Of a DNA stretch of 64,000 nucleotides, positions 44,509 to 53,996 are shown piece after piece; positions within the stretch are counted from its first letter, which is position 1, and the number at the start of each line of letters is the position of its first letter. Below the pieces are notes generated by a model that made no database searches, was not told the origin of the DNA, and saw only the letters and a program-made list of their open reading frames with translations. Origin of the DNA: a virus (lineage: Duplodnaviria; Caudoviricetes); the IMG/VR virus record IMGVR_UViG_3300020047_006434, positions 21,414 through 85,413 of that record. The stretch is one strand, 5' to 3'. The position numbers and the translations under genes are program-made.

Positions 44509-44744
44509 GTTTGCGGCAAAAAGAAAGCCGGGGATCATCGCCCCGGCGTCTCTATGCGGCGTGCGTGGTCAGCGGTCTTAGCTCTCCAACGCATCCACGA
44601 CCGCCTGCACCTGCTCGTGTGCTTTCTCCTCATCGTCCCAGCATTCCTGGCATAGCCACACGGTTTTGCCCTCACGCAGTGCATGGTACACCCTGCTGCG
44701 TTTGCGCTTGCGACACTTGCTGCACGTTTTGCGATATTCGTCGG

Positions 44745-44969
44745 TCATCGGTTGCTTCCTCTCAGAATCTTGTACATTGCCTGCCGGTTAACGTCAACAT
44801 GGCCCATAGTCGTCATTCCAGCGCTGAAGGCTGGATTACTCTTGAGATATGCAACAATAGGCAAGGTGTAGCCGTGTAAATCGATGGCCTCAAGTATTGC
44901 AATGTGTCCGTCAATCTGCTCGATTTCCACCGAACGATCCCCGCTGGTAACGATGTATGTGCGTGTCAT
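44745..44969 (-). CDS. Hypothetical protein
   Basis: GGAGGA RBS. Confidence 0.55.
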   Translation of the reverse strand: MTRTYIVTSGDRSVEIEQIDGHIAILEAIDLHGYTLPIVAYLKSNPAFSAGMTTMGHVDVNRQAMYKILRGSNR

Positions 44970-44973
44970 CGGT

Positions 44974-45165
44974 TCATCCTCCGTTTATGAAATGTTTCGC
45001 CATGTAGACTATACCAGCCACCACCACGAACACTATAGCCTTCGTGATGGCCTCGCCAAGCCGAACGGACTTGCCACGGTTGACGACGCCGTTCATGATG
45101 GACTGTAGCGCCATGCCGAGAAATAGTGCAGTTACGATTTCGATGGTCATTAAATTAGCCTCCAA
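44974..45165 (-). CDS. Small two-TM protein
   Basis: Two hydrophobic segments. Confidence 0.55.
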   Translation of the reverse strand: MEANLMTIEIVTALFLGMALQSIMNGVVNRGKSVRLGEAITKAIVFVVVAGIVYMAKHFINGG

Positions 45166-45364
45166 ACAAATCCTGACAAGTACCCAAAGACGCCAACGCC
45201 CTTTGTGACAGATCTGCCAAAGGCACTGCCCAACCCCTCATTGTGAGATACCGCCGCCCCTTGTCCGTTGTCCTCACTATCGACAGTACAGCCTTCTGGC
45301 TATAGTATTCATCATCCTGTATTTTTACGAGTTGAACAATGTCACCGTCTACTATAATAGGCAA
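45155..45364 (-). CDS. Hypothetical protein
   Basis: Coupled ORF. Confidence 0.5.
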   Translation of the reverse strand: MPIIVDGDIVQLVKIQDDEYYSQKAVLSIVRTTDKGRRYLTMRGWAVPLADLSQRALASLGTCQDLFGG

Positions 45365-45398
45365 GTACTCATTGTCTTTAAGCTTTTCAAGTAGGTAA

Positions 45399-45779
45399 TC
45401 ACGCCCGTAGTAGATAGCCGAGTAATCGCCATCGGTGATTCTGTTTTGCTACAACCTGCGTAGATGGCAGGCTGTTATACTTGCTCGTAATCATGGCGGC
45501 GGTGTTGGTTAACGGCCAACCATTGCTTTTTCCAAAGTTAATCCATTGATATTCAACAATGTAGCGCTGTTCAGTTGAAACGATGGACAATATCACGAGC
45601 CTTGGTAGTAACCCACGGCTTTTTAGTTCAGCTATCCACATTGCTTTTTTCGTGAATGCGATTTCACTTACATGTGAACCAAATCGCTCGTGCGCATCTA
45701 TGGCACTTCCTACGTAATGGATTAATTCATCTCGTGGATCAATTAGCCCATAGATTTGTACCATGTCCCGATCTATCAT
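45399..45779 (-). CDS. GIY-YIG family nuclease
   Basis: IYGLIDPRDELIHYVGSA...ERFGSH...KAMWIAEL...EYQWI. Confidence 0.75.
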   Translation of the reverse strand: MIDRDMVQIYGLIDPRDELIHYVGSAIDAHERFGSHVSEIAFTKKAMWIAELKSRGLLPRLVILSIVSTEQRYIVEYQWINFGKSNGWPLTNTAAMITSKYNSLPSTQVVAKQNHRWRLLGYLLRA

Positions 45780-45787
45780 TCCATCTC

Positions 45788-46063
45788 CTACAGTTCATTA
45801 AACAATGCATCAAGCAGTTCTTCGGTGTTATCAACTTCCACCTGTTGCATACTTGCTGCCCCCTTGCGCCATGCAAGCTTTGCTAACTGTACGCGCTCAT
45901 CAGTTGGCACATTTTCAAACAAGGCTATTAGGTCATCATCCTCGCCACGAATCAGCCACATGTTTAGGCGCAACTGAAAAACGCTGTTCCGGTCTCGCTT
46001 AGGGCGACCCTTGCGTACTTTCTTGGGTCGCCCTGGCTTTTTCTTACCCGCGTCGCTTAGCAT
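45788..46063 (-). CDS. parR: ParR/StbB-like centromere-binding adaptor (RHH-like)
   Basis: Overlaps parM stop; basic N-terminus, beta-helix-helix core, acidic C-tail EVDNTEELLDALFNEL. Confidence 0.6.
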   Translation of the reverse strand: MLSDAGKKKPGRPKKVRKGRPKRDRNSVFQLRLNMWLIRGEDDDLIALFENVPTDERVQLAKLAWRKGAASMQQVEVDNTEELLDALFNEL

Positions 46064-47033
46064 CGGCCACACCCCGCTTGTACAGACCGCGTGCGATGGA
46101 TTGAATTGGGTCTGATGGCACAACGGCTTTACCATCAAAATAGGCATCGATCTTAGACGAAAGCAGGGCAGGAGTAGCGCCACCGCCAACCACAATCACT
46201 TTGCCGAAACGCTTCCATGTGGCTGCCCATGCCGTCGAAATATAAGCGGTAACCATTTCAGACCATGCATTGATACCGCTCTTCATCTCACCATTAAGCC
46301 GGTTATCACGCAATAAAGTATCAAGCTCGGTCAATGTGTACATCTTACCCTTGTTGAGCAATTCAAGTAGGCGACGAACGCCAAGCATATCACTGCCACC
46401 CATTCGATCAACCTGCTTGCCGCCATTCAATACCATCAATTCGATAGTGTTGTAACCGATTGATACAATACCAACTTCACTTTTGAGAATGCCAGCGTTT
46501 CCATTTGGAGCGCCGTCAATATTCAGGATGTAATCAAATAAAGCACCAGCAGCCTGAGGCTTAAGCACAATGGACTCAACATTAACCTTAAACGATTCGC
46601 CATTGTACTTCCACCAATGATCGCCCAGTAACCAGCCTTCCATACTGGACTGAACAGAACTGGCGTCGGATTCTTTCAGCATGGAGAATGGTAGCCCAAC
46701 ATAAAGCGTCAACGGATTACGAAGCTTTGAATAGGTACCCATGTGCTTACTGAACGCACTGTATAGTAGTGCTCGGATCTCCAGGCTGCCAACTAGCCTC
46801 TCTAGCCCCAGATTGCCAACACTGACGCCCTCGTAACCTGCATAGTGCCCGGTATAAAAACGATTGTCGCTAAACTCGATAACGGCGGCACGAACACTTT
46901 GCCCGTCACCCATCGCATCGGCAAAGCGCTCGCCAGTAGCAACAGACACATGGCTAGCGTATGTAGTGGCACCATTCTTGTCATACAGCTTGATATTACC
47001 AAACCCCAGATCGACACCCATTAAATGACTCAC
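46044..47033 (-). CDS. parM: ParM/StbA-family actin-like ATPase (plasmid segregation); GTG start refined
   Basis: Phosphate-1 GVDLGFGNIK, PQAAGA, phosphate-2 VSIGYNTIE, adenosine VVGGGA, DPIQSIARGLY; AAGGA RBS. Confidence 0.88.
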   Translation of the reverse strand: MSHLMGVDLGFGNIKLYDKNGATTYASHVSVATGERFADAMGDGQSVRAAVIEFSDNRFYTGHYAGYEGVSVGNLGLERLVGSLEIRALLYSAFSKHMGTYSKLRNPLTLYVGLPFSMLKESDASSVQSSMEGWLLGDHWWKYNGESFKVNVESIVLKPQAAGALFDYILNIDGAPNGNAGILKSEVGIVSIGYNTIELMVLNGGKQVDRMGGSDMLGVRRLLELLNKGKMYTLTELDTLLRDNRLNGEMKSGINAWSEMVTAYISTAWAATWKRFGKVIVVGGGATPALLSSKIDAYFDGKAVVPSDPIQSIARGLYKRGVADAKRRG

Positions 47034-47078
47034 TGAAACATCCTTTCTATAGAAAACTATATCCAACTTACTCATCTC

Positions 47079-47129
47079 AGTATATCATAGGTTTTTGTAA
47101 CACACAAAAACAAACTATCATTTTGTGAC
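47079..47129 (-). promoter_or_regulatory. parMR promoter with repeated GT(T/C)ACAAAA sites
   Basis: TTGTGT-17-TATACT; repeats at 47093-47101 and 47121-47129. Confidence 0.55.
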
Positions 47130-47406
47130 ATACTATAATTATCATGTGTGCCATAGGTGGTAGAATATCGCTCATCCTATCGCCTCCCTATATCGTCTCA
47201 ATCAACGTAATCGCCACGGCCAGCGCAACAGCCAGCCGTACATCCCCTTGCATCGCCACGTACAGCCACAGCCCGAACAGCGCAATCAGCAGCAGCCTAT
47301 TGCCGCCACTTCGCCAGAAGCCAGTCGAACGCCTGTAGTGCTTTCGTCGCGCCATAGCCTATCGCCAGCCCTATCGCCAAAACGGTAACAATTGAGAGTA
47401 GTTCAT

Positions 47407-47730
47407 TCATGCCGTCACCCCAATTCTACACGTATCACTCATTCCATAGATCCATACGCGCTGCCCATCTACATCAACACCAGCGTCATCGGCGCAGAAT
47501 GCGTCACGCAGCCGGCTCGACAGCGTTCGGCAGCGTTGCGGGTAGGCTACGGGGTTGACGGCAAATTTTGCTTCCATTTCGATAGTGCTGGCATCCTCGT
47601 GCAGGATGCCGCCGACAATCTTGCACGGTAGGCCAACAGCGCTACATAGCGATTCGGTATAATCGGCCGCCATATTCAGCGCCGATTGTTTGCCGCCCGA
47701 CACATCATCGTTGTATTTTTGCAATTTCAT
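47407..47730 (-). CDS. Hypothetical protein
   Basis: Coupled ORF; start refined to MKLQKY. Confidence 0.55.
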   Translation of the reverse strand: MKLQKYNDDVSGGKQSALNMAADYTESLCSAVGLPCKIVGGILHEDASTIEMEAKFAVNPVAYPQRCRTLSSRLRDAFCADDAGVDVDGQRVWIYGMSDTCRIGVTA

Positions 47731-48044
47731 GCCGTCACCCCCACGGCAACGCCCACCGTGTACCGGCCCAGCGTCCACACAAAGCCCGACCGACGACCGA
47801 CGTGCATCGGTGATTGTCGGCGCGCATCGGACAACAACCGGTGGTAGAACGTGGTCAGCACTACCCATATGATAGCCACTAGCCATAGGCCATCGAATAG
47901 ACAATGGAGATACGGCACGGCGGCGATGATGAGATACAGCAGGATAGCTGTGACGGCGCCCGTGCCTAGCCAGGTGTCGGTGATGCCCACTGCTCTGGCC
48001 GCTAACAGTGCAATGATGCCAATGACGATAGTTGCGATGATCAT
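47727..48044 (-). CDS. Multi-TM membrane protein
   Basis: Three hydrophobic helices; GGGGAG RBS. Confidence 0.6.
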   Translation of the reverse strand: MIIATIVIGIIALLAARAVGITDTWLGTGAVTAILLYLIIAAVPYLHCLFDGLWLVAIIWVVLTTFYHRLLSDARRQSPMHVGRRSGFVWTLGRYTVGVAVGVTA

Positions 48045-48069
48045 GATACCCACTCCCCTACTCAAACAT

Positions 48070-48157
48070 TAAACCGAAGACTAAACCGCATACTACACGA
48101 AGCATAAACAAACAGTACGTAAACACTAAACCGAACAGTAAACCAAAGTAAACCGAA
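48070..48157. repeat. Seven short direct repeats TAAAC(CGAA) in an A/C-rich intergenic segment
   Basis: TAAAC at 48070, 48082, 48105, 48120, 48127, 48139, 48149. Confidence 0.8.
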
Positions 48158-48169
48158 CCAGTGTATTTT

Positions 48170-48700
48170 CTATTTTCTCAGGCGCAACATGCGTGCGTGA
48201 GCAGCGCTGCGATAGTCGTTCACAATCGTGCGCCACTCGCTCAGGCGTGGCCCATCTCGCCTGAGCCACTCAAGCGCATCAGCGCCGGTTGGATAATCGT
48301 GCGTGTTGATGTGCCACTGCCGCGCTTCGCTGTTGTAGTCGAACAAGCACGGCAAGCGGCGCCGCTGCCCTACCCTATCGAGCATAAGCCGGCGAAGGCA
48401 TTGCCCCTCCCAACGACGCAACCCCCAACGTGCGGCGCCACTTTCACCCCAAGGCAGCGGCCGCATGAGGATGCGGCCTGTCATGCTGTCCACATTCGCC
48501 AAGCCGCCATCAGCCTCGGTCGTGTATAACTTTGCGATCAAGTGCGCAATGGCAGTGATAGCAATGTCTAGTTGCGCCTGACTGTGGCCGGCCAAATTTA
48601 ATTCGTCGGCTGTGGCTGCGATGCGTTGCTTGATGGCTGCCGGCGCCGCAATGGTGGCCACAGCCTGCGCGCGTTCGAGTAGTTGCGTGAAATCGTTCAT
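48170..48700 (-). CDS. Hypothetical protein (176 aa)
   Basis: GGAGA RBS; ATGA coupling. Confidence 0.65.
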   Translation of the reverse strand: MNDFTQLLERAQAVATIAAPAAIKQRIAATADELNLAGHSQAQLDIAITAIAHLIAKLYTTEADGGLANVDSMTGRILMRPLPWGESGAARWGLRRWEGQCLRRLMLDRVGQRRRLPCLFDYNSEARQWHINTHDYPTGADALEWLRRDGPRLSEWRTIVNDYRSAAHARMLRLRK

Positions 48701-49212
48701 TCATTGTCTCCCTGGATCATTCGGTCGTAATGGTCCCACATGCGATCCTGGTGGCGCTCAATCACGCCCCACTTGCGATCTGATTCGTTACGCGCTATGC
48801 CTTCCGGTGAATGCTTCAAATCCAGATAGTAGGCATACAGCCACACGGCGGCATAGGTCAGCACGTAGATAGTCAGTGACCAGAAACTAAACACGGGCAC
48901 GTCAACAAAAGCGACACTGGCCACGGTCACCGCAAAGCCGATAATCAGCCCTAGTTGCTGCGTCTTGATAGCGAAACCTTGCGCCCGATCTACGGCGGTG
49001 GTTTTCATGACAATCTGCTGCGTGGACTGTAGCGGTACGTCAATCGTGTAGTTCATTTCCTGCGATGGTGCGGGCGGTGGCATCCGCTTTGCAACGGCCG
49101 TCGCCTGCATAGGTAGCGCAGCCACGAAGTTTTTAGGCCGTGGCACAATCTGCGACGTGGGCGGGCCGGCGGCGTGGTGCTGTTGGGTTATCATGTAGTC
49201 TAGTTGCTTCAT
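48697..49212 (-). CDS. Two-TM membrane protein
   Basis: LGLIIGFAVTVASVAFV and FWSLTIYVLTYAAVWLYAY. Confidence 0.65.
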   Translation of the reverse strand: MKQLDYMITQQHHAAGPPTSQIVPRPKNFVAALPMQATAVAKRMPPPAPSQEMNYTIDVPLQSTQQIVMKTTAVDRAQGFAIKTQQLGLIIGFAVTVASVAFVDVPVFSFWSLTIYVLTYAAVWLYAYYLDLKHSPEGIARNESDRKWGVIERHQDRMWDHYDRMIQGDNE

Positions 49213-49568
49213 CGAATCCCCCTCATTTCCATATAGGCCAAGGCTGCGCCGGCCATACCGATATAGGCCAGCCCAACGACAATGGCCGCCATCACTACCC
49301 ACCACAGCCAAGCGCACCCGAAGCGGCGCTGTTTGATTTCGGTATCAACCTGCACTTGGCACTCAGCAGCTGGCCATGTGGCCAGAATTAAGGCGCCACT
49401 GGCCATCATGCCGAACACGGCAACGGGTGGCAACCATGCCAGCAAACATGCCGACCCAACAAACACGGCTACAGCACCTTTACGCAACTGCGTGCTTTCG
49501 GTCGTCACGCTGGCGTCGGTCACCGCGGGCTGTTCATCTTCGTCAGTATTGCCAAACATGTAGGCCAT
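49209..49568 (-). CDS. Three-TM membrane protein
   Basis: Hydrophobic helices; GGGAG RBS. Confidence 0.65.
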   Translation of the reverse strand: MAYMFGNTDEDEQPAVTDASVTTESTQLRKGAVAVFVGSACLLAWLPPVAVFGMMASGALILATWPAAECQVQVDTEIKQRRFGCAWLWWVVMAAIVVGLAYIGMAGAALAYMEMRGIR

Positions 49569-49592
49569 AAAAATAAAAGCTCCCGTCAGTTA

Positions 49593-50312
49593 CTATTTCT
49601 TCGGTTTGCGCTTGTTACTTGCCTGTTCTTCTCGTGTTGCCCATCGGCAGTTTGCTGCCCACCCATGAGATTTGCAGTCATCGCAATGCCCACAGTGATA
49701 GCCATCATCGTTGTTGATTCTATCGATACTATGACCTTGAGGGCGTGAACCCATGTCGGTAATGAAATTTTCGACTGTTTCAACCCATCGTTTGCAAACA
49801 GTAATCCCTCTGCCGCCATAATCTGCATATTGGATCGTCTTCGGATTAGTACAACGATGGATCATGTTTGCCCAGGATCGATACTCTGGCGTACAACTTC
49901 TCCCATGAACATGTGGTCGGCCGATCACCTTCTTGCATCCACAGCTTCTGATGTATCCACGCCGCAAGTAGTGAACAGTAGCAAAAATAGTACCACCACA
50001 ATCGCACATGCAAAGCCATTGCATCATTCCTTTTTCTGGATTGAGTGTCAATTCATTTGCCACCAAATATCCAAACCTCTGCCCAGTAACATCGGCCCGT
50101 CTGGCGCTAATTTGCACATCTTTGTTTGCACAACCGCACCCGTGCGACTTTCCGTTAAATAATGTTCTTCCTCTCACAGTTCTAATATTTCCGCAATCGC
50201 ACTTGCATACCCAGTATGCGCCGTCCCTGCTTTCAGCAGGCTCAATCACTACGTATCGGCCAAATCTTTGTCCTGCTATATCAATTGACGGACGCCCTAT
50301 TTTCTTAGTCAT
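49593..50312 (-). CDS. Putative homing endonuclease, paralogue of 31795-32544
   Basis: Two GQRFG...W.C.CDCG domains; TPEYRSWANMIHRC...YGGRGITVC..W...SIDRINND...NCRWAT. Confidence 0.85.
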   Translation of the reverse strand: MTKKIGRPSIDIAGQRFGRYVVIEPAESRDGAYWVCKCDCGNIRTVRGRTLFNGKSHGCGCANKDVQISARRADVTGQRFGYLVANELTLNPEKGMMQWLCMCDCGGTIFATVHYLRRGYIRSCGCKKVIGRPHVHGRSCTPEYRSWANMIHRCTNPKTIQYADYGGRGITVCKRWVETVENFITDMGSRPQGHSIDRINNDDGYHCGHCDDCKSHGWAANCRWATREEQASNKRKPKK

Positions 50313-50316
50313 ATGC

Positions 50317-50586
50317 TCACCACATCGCCCGCAGGCTGTCCACTTGCTCACTATCTGACATTGCGTCAAACGTCTTCACAGCCTTCGTCATGCGCTTCGT
50401 GGGCAACTTTGCGGCCTTGGCTGGCTTCGGTGTTTCGACGGGCTGTTCCTGTCGTGCCATGCGCTCAACCAACAGACGGTCACGCTTTAGCATCAGTTCT
50501 TCAATGTACGCACGCAGTTCGGTGCTACTCATCCGGTCAATGTCTTTGCGCGAATCGCCGCGCTGAGGTAAACTACGCTTTGCCAT
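50317..50586 (-). CDS. Hypothetical coiled-coil/basic protein
   Basis: ELRAYIEELMLKRDRL heptads. Confidence 0.6.
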   Translation of the reverse strand: MAKRSLPQRGDSRKDIDRMSSTELRAYIEELMLKRDRLLVERMARQEQPVETPKPAKAAKLPTKRMTKAVKTFDAMSDSEQVDSLRAMW

Positions 50587-50662
50587 GAGAAGTCTTCTTT
50601 CTTGTGGCTATCGAGCCGGTTGACATCTGATCTATGTCACCGGCTTTACTGTTTCAGGAAAC

Positions 50663-50693
50663 AAAAAAACCTCGGTATCAATGCGATACCGAG
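50663..50693 (-). terminator. Intrinsic terminator
   Basis: CTCGGTATC/GATACCGAG 9-bp stem plus U tract on the - strand. Confidence 0.75.
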
Positions 50694-50803
50694 TTGCTAA
50701 AGCGCAGCCTATGCTGCATAATCTTTTAGTCAAGATAGTCGGTATATGCGACTATTCTGGCAGGGCTGGCTGATGGGTATCACATCGGCTGGCCCACTTG
50801 ATA

Positions 50804-50992
50804 TTAAATTGTATCGCTTTCTATGTCAGGCTTTTTCCCTTTCCGCCGTTCGGCCCGCTTCTGTTCGCGTTCCGCTTGTTCAATCAGCGCGGTCTCTACA
50901 CACGCTGTTTCATTCACACCCGTCAGGCGCTTGATTACTTCCAACGCCTCCAATGCTTCCTCAGACAATCTCCAACTTTTTGATTTCTTCAC
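50804..50992 (-). CDS. Ribbon-helix-helix (Arc-like) regulator
   Basis: KSWRLSEEALEALEVIKRLTGVNETACVETAL. Confidence 0.8.
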   Translation of the reverse strand: MKKSKSWRLSEEALEALEVIKRLTGVNETACVETALIEQAEREQKRAERRKGKKPDIESDTI

Positions 50993-51042
50993 ACCATTCC
51001 TTCTGCTCTTGACTCGCTCGCTTGTATTGCTTTACGCATTAC

Positions 51043-51071
51043 ATTTTACACGACTTTACGCCGGCTGTCAA
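51043..51071 (-). promoter_or_regulatory. sigma70 promoter
   Basis: TTGACA-17-TAAAAT, overlapped by TTTAC(G/A)C repeats. Confidence 0.7.
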
Positions 51072-51200
51072 TTGGCAACATGGTAGACAAATATGGCGAA
51101 TTGGCGCGTAAAACAGCGTGTCTGTAGCCACAAAAATAGATATACGGCGAAATGTCAAAACAGTGCGCGCCTATTCGTCGGGCGCAACGTCATCAGCGGA

Positions 51201-51560
51201 TTATCTTACCATCAGCTTCGTTCGGCGATCTATCTCCTCATCGTCCAGCGGACGCAATAGTGCGCTATAGTTCGCTTTGGCCATCAATGTCGGCACCACG
51301 TCCGGGTGGCATATCAAATCATAGCCGCATCGGGCGTACTCGTTGAGCATCTTGTAAACAGCGGTTTTATCATCCACATGTTCGCTGGCAATGTAGTAGG
51401 TTACCGGGTAGTCGTCCTGAAACTTGCGCCGCAGTTTCAGCAACGTGTCCAGCGTCAACGATGGCGCCGGTTCTGCGCTGGCTGTAGTGGTTGTCGTGCC
51501 GGACGCGTCACCGGTCAGGAAAGTTTCGTTCATTAGGTCGGTGAAGGTTTTGCGGGTCAT
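51201..51560 (-). CDS. Hypothetical protein
   Basis: GAGG RBS; ATGA coupling. Confidence 0.6.
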   Translation of the reverse strand: MTRKTFTDLMNETFLTGDASGTTTTTASAEPAPSLTLDTLLKLRRKFQDDYPVTYYIASEHVDDKTAVYKMLNEYARCGYDLICHPDVVPTLMAKANYSALLRPLDDEEIDRRTKLMVR

Positions 51561-51787
51561 GGTTGCACCTCGCTACTCTCACTCAATAGCACTTCACGCA
51601 CGCGCTCTTGCATCTTTCGCAACTGCAATTGGCGCCGTAACAGCGCTTTGTCTGCTCGCCCGATTAGCATCGCGTCGATTTCATCGGCGGTATATGTTCG
51701 CTGCTCAACAATTGCCGGCGTTGTCTCCAAATCACCAAATGCTTGTTTGAAGTCGGCGCGCTGCCGACGAACAGTTCGTTTTCTCAT
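51557..51787 (-). CDS. Hypothetical protein
   Basis: AAGGAAG RBS. Confidence 0.55.
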   Translation of the reverse strand: MRKRTVRRQRADFKQAFGDLETTPAIVEQRTYTADEIDAMLIGRADKALLRRQLQLRKMQERVREVLLSESSEVQP

Positions 51788-51826
51788 ATTGACTTCCTTT
51801 CGCCAAAACCAAGCCGCCAAACCGCC

Positions 51827-52105
51827 TCAAATTGCGCCGATGGGGGGCGGGGCTTCCGCTTGCAGCACACGTTTAGCATAACGTTTCCTTGCATCATTCC
51901 CGGTCATGGCTGCCATATCCTCTAACAGCTTCCGCCTGTATTCCGGCGCTGCCTTCTGAATCAGCGTACAGTCAGACAGCTTTGCTTCACCCTCTGGCCA
52001 GCCACACCAAGCGAGATAATCACCTTGCACGTAGGCGACAACCCAATCCTCGCCGGAAGGCGCATGGTGAACAGAATCACCGGTGTCTATGGTTTGAACG
52101 GTCAT
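51827..52105 (-). CDS. Conserved phage hypothetical protein
   Basis: GDSVHHAPSGEDWVVAYV...WCGWPEG...SDCTL. Confidence 0.65.
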   Translation of the reverse strand: MTVQTIDTGDSVHHAPSGEDWVVAYVQGDYLAWCGWPEGEAKLSDCTLIQKAAPEYRRKLLEDMAAMTGNDARKRYAKRVLQAEAPPPIGAI

Positions 52106-52416
52106 GCCGGCGCATCCTTCGCCACTAGTACGCCACTTACCCATTTTTGTATAAATTGCAAAAGACGTTTTTTAAATGCGGCACCTTCTTCAAACGGTAC
52201 AATTTTCGCTATTTCTTTGCCACTAAATCTACTTAGGTAATGCGCACCACTATGCACGAACCTAGTGACGAGATAGCATTCGTCCCTGTATTCAACTAGA
52301 GTAAACCCTACAATACCATGCTTGGTAACAGCGTACCCGAAGCGATGACCGTTATCAAGTTCACCTATACAGATATTAATTTTATTGCTCGCCTTGCCTT
52401 TGTAGGTTCTCGCCAT
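52102..52416 (-). CDS. Hypothetical protein
   Basis: GGAGG RBS; lower GC than neighbours. Confidence 0.6.
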   Translation of the reverse strand: MARTYKGKASNKINICIGELDNGHRFGYAVTKHGIVGFTLVEYRDECYLVTRFVHSGAHYLSRFSGKEIAKIVPFEEGAAFKKRLLQFIQKWVSGVLVAKDAPA

Positions 52417-52684
52417 GGCCCCTCCTTCCCACAAAAAAAAACGCCGCCAAGCCGCCTAAAATTCTTCCAACATCCAATTCGGCACGCTCATAGCTACTTC
52501 GCCAAATTACCGCCATTCATGCAGCCACGGCGCAATCTGTGCATGTTCTCGCCGCCACGGTTGGCACTGCAACGCTACGGATTGCCACCACGGCCACGGA
52601 ACGGCCCTAGAAGGCACATTGCGGCGCTGAATCGTGCTACCGGCCATTCTGACGCATCCTGCGGCGTTTGGTGGCGTTCTGTGG

Positions 52685-53362
52685 TCATTGCGCTACTCGT
52701 AATTGTGCCATATCCTCATCATCTTGCAAATGCTGCGTCACCCTGTCCCAAATGCGGGCGTGGCGTTCTGCGTCCTTCGCCGCTTCCAACAGCGTCAGCA
52801 GTTCGTCAATCATCTGCTGGCACCAACTAGCACTATGCTGGGCGAACAGCGCTTCTGCGACGTCGCCGGGGAGTGCGGCGGCGTGAATGCTGATTTGTGC
52901 GGCGGGCGCAGTTGCGTCAGTGGAAGCTGGCGCCGGCACATCATGTCCCCGGCAAATGTCTTCCGGCAAGTTGCAGCCAGTACACCACGGCTGCGCGGGC
53001 TGCTGTTCCACGTTGACGGCGGGCACTTCCTGCGATTGTAGAATGCCGCGGGCATCGGTCGCATGTAGTCCAACATTGACGGCGGTCAATGTCAGCCGCC
53101 AGTCGATGCCGGCCATGTTGATGGTGTCAATACACTGCGCACGACTGCCATCGCCCCAATGCCACATTGCCACAGCGATATGTGGCTCGTCTTCGTACTC
53201 CCACACTTCGCCACTGCTATCGATAACCGCCACCCACTTGGCCCACGGCGACAACTGCCACCGCGATACGTCCAGCGGCTGCGCTCTCTCTTCCTGCGTG
53301 CGATAGTCGTACACAGTCACGCCTTGCTTGATTGCATCATCTACGGTCATTGTGCTTAGCAT
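52685..53362 (-). CDS. Hypothetical multi-domain phage protein
   Basis: AAGGA RBS; PWAKWVAVIDSSGEVWEYEDEP motif. Confidence 0.65.
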   Translation of the reverse strand: MLSTMTVDDAIKQGVTVYDYRTQEERAQPLDVSRWQLSPWAKWVAVIDSSGEVWEYEDEPHIAVAMWHWGDGSRAQCIDTINMAGIDWRLTLTAVNVGLHATDARGILQSQEVPAVNVEQQPAQPWCTGCNLPEDICRGHDVPAPASTDATAPAAQISIHAAALPGDVAEALFAQHSASWCQQMIDELLTLLEAAKDAERHARIWDRVTQHLQDDEDMAQLRVAQ

Positions 53363-53795
53363 CGTTTCGTCCTTTCTCAGTAAAATCTCAGCATTTGATC
53401 AGCAAACCGTGACGGCCGTCACCCCACCATCCACATCAGCCACGCAATCATGACAATGGCCAGCACCATGCCGCCCAGCAACCACCATACCGTATTGCGT
53501 AGCTTGGCGTTCTCCCGGCGTGCGGCAATCCTTCACCGTCACGCCGGCAGCACGGGCGGCGCTTTCAACTTCGTTTCTTGAGTCCAGTATCATCCTTCCT
53601 TCTACCTTCCTTGGATACAATGGCCAATCTGTATAGCCAACATAGAACGCCGTCGCCAGCGCATCGTAATGCCCGCTACGCAAGTACCACCGTGTCCGGC
53701 TGCGCAGCGATTTGCGCCGACTACGGACAAGCGCCGCACGGGTAGCACGGTGACGGCGACATTCAGGGCAGAAACACAGAACGGGCTTCATGATT

Positions 53796-53996
53796 TCACC
53801 CCGCCATCCACATCACCCAGGCCAGCACGACAATGGCCAGCAGCAGCGCCGCCAGTAACCAATGCACCGTGCGGCGCAATGCGGCATTGTCGGCACGTTC
53901 AGCGGACAGCGCACGCAGCGCACAGTCACGGTTAGCGATGGCGGCGCGGTAGGTTTCGTCAGACACAAACACCCAGGTGTGGTTGTCGCTGTTCAT
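53796..53996 (-). CDS. Small coiled-coil plus C-terminal TM protein
   Basis: WLLAALLLAIVVLAWVMW. Confidence 0.55.
   Translation of the reverse strand: MNSDNHTWVFVSDETYRAAIANRDCALRALSAERADNAALRRTVHWLLAALLLAIVVLAWVMWMAG

Noticed and set aside
47407-47904. ORF-track long versions of several genes (47904, 46195, 36960, 35919, 58019, 59810 starts)
   Set aside because: Extensions overlap upstream genes or RNA elements; downstream starts have RBSs or stop/start coupling
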